A stretch of 64,000 nt of DNA from Eledone cirrhosa (lineage: Eukaryota), in the NCBI GenBank assembly GCA_964016885.1, contig OZ024740.1:123442001-123506000 (forward strand). Reading direction: 5' to 3'. The position numbers and the translations under genes are program-made. The stretch's first letter is position 1; each line of letters starts with the position of its first letter. This document shows, piece by piece, positions 53,370 through 64,000 of the stretch. The notes beneath the pieces are model-generated. The model saw only the letters and a program-made list of their open reading frames with translations. It was not told where the DNA came from and made no database searches.

Positions 53370-54012
53370 AACAATAAGAGGGATCAGATGTTGTTTACTC
53401 GAGAGAAGACTACGTTGGTATGGTCACGTGATGCGCATGAAAGACGACAGCTGTATAAAAAAAAGTGCAGGGCGATAAAAATAGACGGTAGCCACGGAGT
53501 AGGCAGACACAGAAAAACTGGGACGACTTGATAAATTCCGACCTCACACACTTACACCTCTCCAAGACAATGTCACTGGTCCGAGAACTTTGGCGCTACA
53601 CAGTAGTACAGAAGACTCGCCTTGCCTAAGTACAAAGAGAAACCTACAGTCAGAGGCACCTCTTAAAAAAATACGCCCCGTCCCACTACACCCACCCCAT
53701 CCACACCACCCCTTTCGATGTAAAGTTATGTTGGTACCACAAAATCCAGTCCGAAATAAATGAGGTCGTGTAGGTGTCATGACAAAAAAAAAAACACACA
53801 GTCCACGCTGTAATGTGGCCGTGTAGGTAACACGTAAATAAAACCTCCCAGTCCACACTGTAAACGTGGTTGGTGTTAGGAAGGGCATCCAGCCGTAGAA
53901 ACTCGCCAGACAGTCCTATACGAGCAAGACAACCAATCTTGCCTCAAGTGGGAAAATTCCCGTCCAAACACATGCAAGCGTGGAAGATAGACGTTAAATG
54001 ATGATGATGATG
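53370..54012 (+). mobile_element. RTE LINE 3' part with (GAT)n tail
   Basis: Hand translation ERRLRWYGHVMRMKDDSC...DDLINSDL...ELWRYTVVQKTR; tail gacgttaaatgatgatg. Confidence 0.75.
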
Positions 54013-54045
54013 AATAAAGGGTATATATATAAATATGTATCTATA

Positions 54046-55270
54046 TCATCATCATCATCACAGCTTTACGTCCGTTCTTCCACGCTAGCATGGGTTAGAG
54101 GGGTTCTCCTGTTGTGGGCAGTGTCCGGTCGGCTGATCTTGTCTTGCTCATACGGGAACTGATTCTGGCTTGATTTCTACAGCTGGATGCCCTTCCTAAC
54201 ACCAACCTCATTTACAGTGAGTGCTGGGTGTTTTTTCTTTCCTTGGCTCCTACACCTCCACTTTACAGTGTGGGCTGGGTGCTTTTTTGCGGTGGTACCT
54301 CCACGAACACTTTGCAGTGGGAGGGTGTTGGGGCATATTGTCTATATGCTTCACATTCGGATTGTACCTGTGGGGTGTCAGGTCTTCTGTATTACTGCGT
54401 GACGCCAGAGGTCACGGTCGTGTGTCATCACCTTTGAGAGGTGTAATTGGGTAAGGTCAGCTTTTATCACCTCATCCCAGGTCTTATTGGGTCTCCCCAC
54501 TCCGCGTTTTCCATCGACATCTAGTGCTCTGCACCTTTTTATTGCAGGTGTCATCCTTCATACGCATCACATGTCCCTACCAACGCAACCACCTCTCCTG
54601 CACACAGCATTTGATTCCACTTATGCACAGTCTCTCTCTCAATTCATTTATGCTTTGCCGTTCGCGTATATTACTATTACACATCCATCGGTGCATGCAG
54701 GATTCGTGTCTTTCTAATCTACGCAAGTCTTCCGCAGTCAGCGCCCAGGTCTCACTACCATGTAACATTGCAGTTCCTATACACGCATCATACAGTCTGC
54801 CTTTCATTTTGAGGGAAAAGCCTTTTGAAGCTAGCAGTGGCAGTAGCTCCCTGAACTTCTTCCATCCCGTTCTTACCCTAGTTATTTTACTTTCCAAACA
54901 CCCACCTCCGCTGCTAATTCGGTTACCTAGGTAGCATAAGCTGTCTACTGTTTCTACAGAGCCCTCCCAAAGATTGATGGTACATGTTTCCTGTAGCCGT
55001 TTGCTGCTTGCTGTCCCAGCACAGCTGCTACATGTGAAGCCGTCATTCTCAGTTAAGCTTCCTGTGATCCCGCTACATCTCTTGTGTACCCATTGTTTGC
55101 ATTTGGGGCGGAGAATGGAGTTCCTACGTATACCTTTCCTACATACTGAGCAAGGCCATTTCCCTGAGGGGATCTGGGTTCTGTTTTCTCGTCTACTTAC
55201 AAGGACCTTAGTCTTTGTTACGTTGACTTTGAGACCCTATCTTTCTAGTCCCTGCTTCCAAGTTTGGAAT
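54046..55270 (-). mobile_element. RTE LINE 3' part
   Basis: RVRTGWKKFRELLPLL...KGRLYDAC...MLHGSETW...ERWLRW; (GAT)n tail on minus. Confidence 0.9.
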
Positions 55271-55277
55271 ATATATA

Positions 55278-56460
55278 CAGGGTGTGGACGATATTTGTTC
55301 GCAATTTTCAACTGCTAATTTTATGCAACTTTTTATACTTCCATTGTCACCCGTGTCTTCATAAAAACAGTGACTATATTTCCATAATTTATTTTCAGAA
55401 TTATTGATTATGAATAATTTTGAACCTCCAAATTTGTGGAAGAGACAGAGAGTTCTTCTTGGAATCTGCGCCGGGAGGACAATAAGGAAATTTCAGACTT
55501 TCTCAGCGTCAGCAGGAGAATGGTGGAAAAGGTCATAAAGAAATTGGAAGATTCAGGATTCTACTACAAAGCAACATCAGAGATATGACGCCTTAAGAAC
55601 GCCTGAGTTCATCACTGAAGTTCAGGATATCATCAACAATGAACCTAGCAAGTCGATGCGTGCCACTGCAAGGGAGAAAGGCGTGGATGAAAAGCTCATT
55701 AGGCTGGTGGTACATGATGACATTCGCTACGTTTCATACAAGATGAGGAAAGGTCAATTTCTGTCAAAGGCGATGCAAGAAAAGTGACTGAAGCACGCAA
55801 AGAGCTGATCAACAAGTTGAAACACCCACTAAAGCCAGACATGCTGTGGTTTTTCTCCGACGAGTAAAACTTCTGCCAAGACCAGAAGATCAACTCCCAG
55901 AACAACAGGTGGCTCGCTGTCTCATCCAAAGACGTGTCCAGAGTCATGCAGATAAAGTTCCCACGACAACATTGGTTCTAGGTGTCGTCAGCAGTCAAGG
56001 TGGCGCCATGCCACCTCACTTCTTCCCTGTGGGCCTCAAGCTGAACACCGGTGGCTACATCCGCGTTCTGAGCGAGGTAGAAAAGCCCTGGATCGACCAG
56101 ATAGCTGCAAGTAGGCCGTACGTGTGGCAGCAAGACTCTGCGCCCTGCCAGACCAGCCGAAAGACCAAAGCCTGGCTGTCAGAGAACTTCGTCGACCACG
56201 ATTCACTTGACATCTGGTCTCCCAGCTCGCCTGACTGCAACCCCCTCGACTTCTTTGTGTGGGGCGCAGTGGAACGAGACAGGAACAGATCTAGCTGCAA
56301 TATGAAAGAACATCTGAAGGCCAGGATCAGAAGTGCCTTTAGGAGCCCAAGTCGGGGGACAGTAACGAAGGCCTGTAGCCGGTTCCGAGGCCGCCTTGAG
56401 GCCGTCATCAAAGCCAATGGCGGGTTTATCGAGTGAGATCGAAAGAACAAGTCATGAAGA
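55278..56460 (+). mobile_element. Tc1/mariner DD37D (maT) transposon, defective
   Basis: TA|CAGGGTG left end; WFFSDE, WQQDSAP...37 aa...SPDCNPLD catalytic spacing; stops and frameshifts; no right TIR seen. Confidence 0.85.
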
Positions 56461-56481
56461 CATATATATATATATATATAT

Positions 56482-57240
56482 AAACAAATAACGAAACGAA
56501 ATTAAATTTCGTTTCGTTTGTAACTCACTTTTGTATGACTGACGCTTAAACAATTAAGTTAAAAATGTACATCTACATATGCATACTAAAATACTAGTGT
56601 GTATATGAATACACACACGTATACATATGTAGGTGTACCAAGTCTTTCACTGGTCGCTTTACAGTGAGCGGCCCAGCTATTCTGTATGTAAACACACAGA
56701 CAAACCGGTTTTTAGAGTCATACTGGTTTTGGGGGGAACACCTTCCCCCTATTCTCCAGAAAGCCAGACAAGGAATATTGAACTAGTTTCGTTGTTGTTA
56801 CAACTCATCAGCAATATTTACCTATCTACCGGCCTTTCTGGAGAATTGTAAAAGCACATATCGTTATATGCTTTTTCTATGAAAATTAGTAGTGGGCAGA
56901 CTAATTTGCATAGAGTGTGAGTACGCACCGGTTCAGCGGAGACGATAAAAACAAATAACGAAACGAAATTAAATTTCGTTTCGTTTGTAACTCACTTTTG
57001 TATGACTGACGCTTAAACAATTGTCTGGCTTTCTGGAGAATAGGGGGAAGGTGTTCCCCCAAAAACCAGTATGACTCTAAAAACCGGTTTGTCTGTGTGT
57101 TTACATACAGAATAGCTGGGCCGCTCACTGTAAAGCGACCAGTGAAAGACTTGGTACACCTACATATGTATACGTGTGTGTATTCATATACACACTAGTA
57201 TTTCAGTATGCATATGTAGATGTACATTTTTAACTTAATT

Positions 57241-57245
<5 letters not shown>
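56482..57245 (-). mobile_element. Hammerhead-bearing non-coding element, unit 467 nt, with direct and inverted repeats
   Basis: Direct repeat 56482-56555 = 56949-57022; inverted repeat 56547-56771/57021-57245 (225 bp, 2 mismatches); hammerhead 56774-56818; (TA)n on both sides. Confidence 0.8.
56774..56818 (-). ncRNA. Minimal type I hammerhead ribozyme
   Basis: aatattg-CTGATGA-gttgt aaca acaac-GAAA-ctag-TT-caatatt; palindromic stem III actagt. Confidence 0.85.
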
Positions 57246-57274
<29 letters not shown>

Positions 57275-57276
<2 letters not shown>

Positions 57277-57464
57277 GAAAATGTTTAACCACGACGGCAG
57301 AGCTCAAGCTGTTTCGACGGCTATTTCAGTCCAGAAATAGACGTCGAAACGGCTTGAGGTCTGCTGTTGGGGTTAAACATTTTCCTATTATCCACTCTAC
57401 TACCCTAAGTATTGAGTACTCTGGTGCGTTATGTTCCATCTGGTTCCTTACCACACTTCCTTCG

Positions 57465-57467
<3 letters not shown>
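57275..57467 (+). mobile_element. Miniature PLE-like foldback element
   Basis: 52-bp imperfect arms 57276-57327/57334-57385, then a tail with attgagtactct, between (TA)n tracts. Confidence 0.6.
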
Positions 57468-57519
<52 letters not shown>

Positions 57520-57582
57520 CAAGTATTGCACCAAGAAAAATAAAACGTCGGCATGAAGAGATTATGAATTTATTTGCTTTGA

Positions 57583-57695
57583 CAAGGGGCGTGAAACAGG
57601 CGGCCCGCGGGCCTCAATCCGGCCTCCCAGACCAGTCAGAGTGGCCCGCGGGTCACAATCCGACCCGCCAGACCAGAGTGACCCTCTGATGGTCA
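57583..57695 (+). mobile_element. hAT (Charlie-like) terminal fragment
   Basis: caaggggcgtgaaac...ggcccgcgggcc..atccggcc, with a repeated ggcccgcggg subterminal motif. Confidence 0.6.
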
Positions 57696-57964
57696 ATGTG
57701 TGTATGTACGTCTCTCTCTCTATATATATATATATCATCATCATCATCGTCTCTGTATACACACCCTTATATTAACATACTTTTGCTCATAGCTTCGAAC
57801 TTATATGCACACACACTCTTTTACTTACATATACACACACATTTCTTTTTAGCTTTGTACGGACGTATAACACACACACATGCTTACGCGCGTGCACAAC
57901 TATAGCTCTTTTTACAAATTTATATGCTGACAACAATATATATTGTTCAATCATATGCAATACT

Positions 57965-59365
57965 TAATTATTTATTACACATCATCAGAAATCTTATAGT
58001 AGTGGAATTCAACTGTTCACCAAGAAGTAGAATTAAGTAAAGAGATTTTCGTTTAAGTATATGTAAATAAGTTAAAAATAACATGAAATACAAGAGTTTC
58101 ACTCTATCAATCTGTGTGCTGTGATGGGGGACAATTATTCTTTGACCATTGTTATAAGATGAAGGTTTGATGTTTACCATATATGGGGGTAGAGGAGGTA
58201 TCAGGAGAGGAACAGAGAAAGATAAGGTAGAGATTAAGAGTTGGCAAGAGTGGGTAAGGGGGAAAGGAATTAAGAAAATGTGATTGTTTTGAATATTACT
58301 GAACCCATTGGGTGTGAAAAGTTATAAAACCACAGGAAATGTATGAAATATGGTACAATAAAACCTAGGCATTAGGGATCGAATCTTGTTCTTGTTCAGT
58401 TTGTACTTAGTGAAGTTTTTAGAACCTTGTGTTTGCAATTAAATATCCTATCATGCCAAGAATGTACGTCCTTTCCGGTTGCTATTTCAATTACCTCCGC
58501 CGAATATAGTTCACAGGGGCGTCTTTCATTTTGGTATGGATGGGCAAATTTTAGCACAGACCATCGTGGTGTGTATTCAATATTAGCACATTTCAGATCC
58601 CAGATTTGTTTCACCAGGGCCATAGATTTAGCGAAACTGAGGTTTTTAAATGTGTGGGTGTGCATATACCATCTTTTCTTGAAAATATTCGAAGTGGAAC
58701 CTACATATTTATATATCCTTAGTTTAGATATTACCACACATTGAAAAATGATATTTTAGTTTAAGCATTTAGCCAATAGCGGATAATTACTGGGATTTCT
58801 GCAGTTGCACTTTGTCCGTGTATAGTGTGTGGTGTTCCCCCTGGCTCCAGTGTTGGGGGGGGGGGTATTCCGGGTATTGTGTTGCTGCTCCGGATATGCA
58901 TGTAAAGTGGAAGAGACGTTGGTATTTGTGGGTGCCTCTGCTCAGTCATGGAGGCTGCAGATGTTACTGAGGGTTCAGATTAAGTTCGGGTTTCTGTTTG
59001 CTGTTGGTATTACCATACATGCTGAGGTGTTTATTATTCAATTTCATAATGAAATTCCCCAGGCTACCGGTTGTTGAATAGGATAGTCGGATCATGTCTC
59101 TATTTAGTATTTTATGGAATTAGCGTGTTGGAGGAAAGTGTTCATCTATAAGTTTGAAGAAGAGATAGTATATATTAATAGTTACCAAATCGTTATGCAG
59201 GGGATTATACCATAGGTACCCTTCTGTGCGGGACCTCCTTGGTGTTTTCTTATTTGCATTATTACTATTTGTTTCACCATTGTGTGCCTTTGAGCCATCA
59301 GTATTTAAATTTGCAAATTTTGTCTAGTAAGCTTGTGATATTTTCCTATTGGGATGGTTGGATTT
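57965..59365 (-). mobile_element. Decayed Penelope-like (Neptune-type) element with GIY-YIG
   Basis: YVGSTSNIFKKRWYMH..TF...ALVKQIWDLK...WSVL..A.PY...CEL...E; upstream LIDEHFP...FHKILNR and SNHP motifs; 5' end in (TA)n. Confidence 0.75.
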
Positions 59366-59589
59366 ATATATATATATATAATATATATATATATATATAA
59401 ATATAATGTATGTATGCATTAGGATTGGTGCTCTGAAATAGCGATGTATACATGAATGTATGCACAATATATTTGGCAAAATACCGTATGTTTAATTAAA
59501 AATATTTTGAAGACGTTACGCTATCATTTTAAAGTAGTGACTATGTAGCTTACTTCTTTTCAGCGAAAGAAGGCAGAGAAGCTAACAGT

Positions 59590-59731
59590 CAGTCATCCTT
59601 CATACGCATAACATGTCCATACCAACGCAACCACCTCTCCTGCACAGACCATTTGATTCCTCTTATGCACAGTCTCTCTCTCAATTTGTTTATGCTTTGC
59701 CATTCGCGTGTATTACTATTACACATCCATC
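59590..59731 (-). mobile_element. RTE fragment near-identical to 54549-54689
   Basis: Direct comparison by eye. Confidence 0.75.
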
Positions 59732-59974
59732 TGTTTGGCAGTCATCAGAGCTATGTACTGCCCTCTTCCGCTGACAATTGTAGAAGCTGGATTCTCAGAG
59801 AATTCCAGTAAAAATCAGGAGCTGATTATACAGAGCAATTGCCGGTCCAGAAAAAATTAAGTATATATATATATATATATAAGGGGAACTGCCGAGGGAT
59901 TCAAGAACACTCGCCTTGTCCATTCCCTTGTCGTTTCTGTTTGGATTGCCTTGGGAACGTAACCTTATTATATA

Positions 59975-62530
59975 AGAAGTTGCACTGCTGTCCATGTACA
60001 TGTATCATGCAATCTGCCCTTCATTTGAGAGACAAACCTTTTCTAGTTAGCTGTGGAAGTAGCTCCCTGAACTTTCTCCATCCTTTTTTCACTCTGGCTA
60101 CTCTGAATTCAGAACAACCTTCTTCACTACTAATTTGTTCACCCAGGTAACAGAAACTGTCGATTAATTCTACAGAACCCTCTGAGCATTTGAAGGATTT
60201 AGTATTAAGTGTTCTCTTGCTATTTTCTGAACTTGAGCATTAGCCACATATAAAACCTAGGTTCTTTGGTAGCCCACCTGAGATCCCACTACATCTCTTG
60301 TGTAGCAATAATTTGCATTTAGGACATAGGATGGAATTTCTACCTATTCCTTGTTGACACAATGAGCAAGGCCATTTCCCTGAGAGAGTCTGCGGCCTGT
60401 TTTGGTTTCTACATATAAGGGATTTGGTCTTTGACAAATTCATTTTAAAAACTTTTGATTCTAGACAATGCTTCCAGGTTTGGAATTTCTTTTCTGATTC
60501 TGCTGTAAGGGTTAGGCCATCTAGTCATCTGCATACATAAGTTCCCAAGGGCAGCCATTCTTAACCACTTTTGTTATAGCCTGCAGAACGATAATAAACA
60601 GGAGAGGGTAAAGAACTGAGCTCTGGTGGACACCAATTACTCACTTTAGTCATTGTTAATTCTAACCTTCCTCTATACAATGCTTGTACAGCCCTAACAA
60701 GCCACTTATCTACTGCTAGTTTTCTAAGAGACTACCAGATAATGGAATGAGGGTATCTGTCAAAAGCTTTCTCCAGGTAAACAAATATCAAGTAGATTGT
60801 TTTACTTTTAGCTCGGTACTTCTACTACAGTTGCCCCACAAGGAAGATGGCATCTGAGGTACTGTTACCTGGTACAAATCCAAACAACATCTCATCTAGC
60901 TTAACTCAGTTCCTAATCAGCTGTCTTATAACACTTCTGTGACTATCTAGAGGCCTCTAGAGTTTTCTCTGTCTTGAACATCTCTTTTGCCCTTGTAGCT
61001 GTTGATGATGCTGTTGCTCTGCCAATTATTTTGTATGACACTATTTTGTATTACTTGGTTTAAAATATGGGTGACTATGGTGAGACCCATCATCCCTGAT
61101 GTTTTCAGCATCGCAGCAACTATTCCTGAATGTCCAGCTGCCTTGCCTGTCTTCATATCCTTGATTGCCTTACTTATTATACTACTGCTGACTTGTACAG
61201 CCAGTCTCTTTGTTGGGTCAACTTTAGGCAAACCATCTTCTTCCCATGCATTCTCTTCATTCAGTAATCTTTCATAGTGGCACTTCCATGCTATCTTCTT
61301 TTAATTGTCAGTGAGGGCAAGTAGGTGATTATAATTTCAGACAATTTTCTCTGACACATTGTCTTGCAATCGTTAACGCCACACTTTTTTGATCCTCACA
61401 CCAAAAAACATGCTTAAATTTTATATACTCTGCTTCCCTTCTTGCAAAGTATACTTATCAACTAGCTTCTCTAGTATTCAGTTAGAGTTCTCTATTTACC
61501 CCAGTCTGCAATTCTTTCCACGCTTGTCTTTTGCTATTAATTGTCTCACCTTTCTTACTATTCCACCACAAAGTCATTGTCCTACTCCCTATAAACATAC
61601 TCCATCCACAGATTTCATTTGTTGCCTTCAGTAGGTTTTCTTTCAGTAGCTCACACTGCTTCCTTATATTGTATGTCTCTATTTTCTCTTTCTTATTGAT
61701 GAAAGCATCAAACAACATACTTCTAAATTTGTTACTGGTTGATGGGTCCTTTAACTTCCATATTCTTCTCCAGGCTGCCCTCTGTTGCCGAGTCATTCTA
61801 GCCTTAATTATAAGGGAATGTTAGGAAGTTCATTCTTCAGCAGTGAAATTTGAGTTTACAAAGATCACTCTCATCTTCTTGAAGGGATAAAATACATCTG
61901 GCTGGTGTGTTCCCTTGATCTATAAGTGCTTAAATAATTGTCTCCATTTTGAAGTTTGTGTTACAGATGGCTAGGTCATTGGCACCACAAAATTACAGGA
62001 GCCTGAAATGTTCCTCATTTCTCGTACCAAAACCATAACCCCTGTGGATCCCATTGAAGCCATCACTGTGTTGCTTGATATGCCTATTAAAGTCAACTGC
62101 AATGATGATAAAGTCATAGTCACTTATTTGGGAAATAAGGTACATTCGGCACTCTTAGGGCCAATCTTTTAGTAAATCTGGCAGTCCAGATTGAGGTACA
62201 TATGTAAACACAATAGTCACTGTCTTTTTATTTAGTACAGTATAACTTCAATGATATTCTCATGCATTCTATTTATAGCAATTACCTTGTCTACCATTTT
62301 TTCTGCTACCATAGTCCGTTCTCTACCCAACCCATTGTTATTTCTTGTCCAGAAATGTTGTAGCGTCGTTGTTTCCCTGCAGGAAATCTAGCTGATATTC
62401 CCTCCACACAGCACACATTAAATTTCTTTCAGTCAAGCATATCTACAATCTTTCCAGATCTACCTTTCATCATGCCTACATTGATTGTGCCAGCTCTGAA
62501 ATTATGGTATTCACCAGAGGAGTGAGAGGT
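59975..62530 (-). mobile_element. Decayed RTE LINE (APE plus RT)
   Basis: FRAGTINVGMMKGRSG, RRIWKLKD, MKTGKAAG.SG, YKGK.D...NSRGL, NLSKTK...WPCSLC motifs across broken ORFs. Confidence 0.85.
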
Positions 62531-63299
62531 AGAAGATGCAAACTTTGTAGGAGGAATAAGAGGTGGGTTGGTGTTGGTTTTACATGTGTGAAATAAAGAA
62601 GAGCATTTATGTAGTTGTCCAGAGATGGATGCTGAGTTCATATTCATCTTAAGGAATGCTCCAATTTTGTATTACATTTACCGTATAGAAAGACATCAGA
62701 CGCATAACAACCATAGAAGGAGGAGTTGTGTTGGTTATTGTAATAGATACTGAGTTAACAGCTATATGTTTGTACTGTAGCGTGTTGATTGGTCTACATG
62801 GCTATGGTGGTATAAAGGGGACAGAGGTAGGGGGAAATAGCAGATGACGAAAGAGAAATGAAAATTGTAATCGAGAGGAAAGAAGTTGAGTGACAAGAGG
62901 AGTAATGTATGATAAAGGAAATAGCTGGAGAAAAACACAAGAGTTTAACATTACTTTGGTGAATGAACGAGGAATAGGGCCTTATGTGCATGTTCCTTGT
63001 GCTTATAAGCATATATGAAGTGAGAGGAGTTGTGCTCTCCCTTAAATGAAAGCAATGCAAGAAGGCATGGGGGATTCAATTTTCTCGAGAATAATCTAAC
63101 TGGGGACAAAAGGGAAACGAAAAATGTAATCGAGAGGAAACAAGTTGTATGGCCTGAGGAGTAAAGTAGGATAATAGATTTAGCTTGATATATATAGTGG
63201 GCAGGAGAGGAGATGACATTGGTATTTACATGTGATTGATATCAAGGATTACAGCTGTACAAAAAGGTGCAGAGTGGTCAAAGTAGATGAAAGCTATGG

Positions 63300-63300
63300 A

Positions 63301-63346
<46 letters not shown>

Positions 63347-63361
63347 GTTTATATATGTATG

Positions 63362-63414
<53 letters not shown>

Positions 63415-63571
63415 GTGTGTGTATGTGTCTGTGTGTGTGTATATATATATATATATTTATATATGTGTATGGATATATATATATGTATGTATATATATGT
63501 TTGTTTATATATATATATGTTTATATATCTATAGGTTTATATATATATATATGTTTACATATATATATGTT

Positions 63572-63611
<40 letters not shown>

Positions 63612-63753
63612 TATATGTATGTATATATGTATGTATATATGTATGTATGTATGTATATATGTATGTATATATGTGTATATATGTGTATATATGTATGTAT
63701 ATATGTATGTATGTATATATGTATGTATATATATATCTATGTATATATATATC

Positions 63754-63785
<32 letters not shown>

Positions 63786-63969
63786 TATGTATGTATATAT
63801 ATGTTTATATATGTATATATATGTATGTATATATATCATATGTATATATCTATGTATGTATATATCTATGTATGTATATATATATGTATGTATATCTATG
63901 TATGTATATATATATGTATGTATATCTATATATGTATATATATATATGTATATGTATGTATATATATGT

Positions 63970-64000
<31 letters not shown>
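63300..64000. repeat. Compound (TA)/(TATG) microsatellite running to the window end
   Basis: Directly visible. Confidence 0.98.

Noticed and set aside
58080-58130. Possible hammerhead in the Neptune-like tail (minus GAAActcttgTA)
   Set aside because: No convincing CUGANGA or stem II.

Overview
AT-rich, repeat-saturated eukaryotic DNA. The SINE, RTE and microsatellite content resembles an octopod cephalopod genome (inference). I find no intact host protein gene; most track ORFs come from low-complexity DNA or decayed transposons. Recognisable elements: many RTE-clade LINE fragments, tRNA-derived SINEs, two Penelope-like (PLE) RT/GIY-YIG relics plus a third GIY-YIG remnant, an R4/Dong-like RLE LINE, a CRE-like RT fragment, a DD37D (maT) transposon, hAT and pogo-like MITEs, and two non-autonomous Helitrons. 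The most striking signal is a set of short non-coding elements, each abutting a (TA)n microsatellite, whose sequences look unrelated outside a shared core. They carry minimal type I hammerhead ribozyme motifs, often with a palindromic stem III, together with terminal direct repeats (unit about 467, 494 and 663 nt) and/or long inverted copies (up to 505-bp arms). They look like retrozyme-like or non-autonomous PLE elements, possibly mobilised by Penelope RT/GIY-YIG proteins. All alignments and folds were done by eye; boundaries of decayed elements are approximate.
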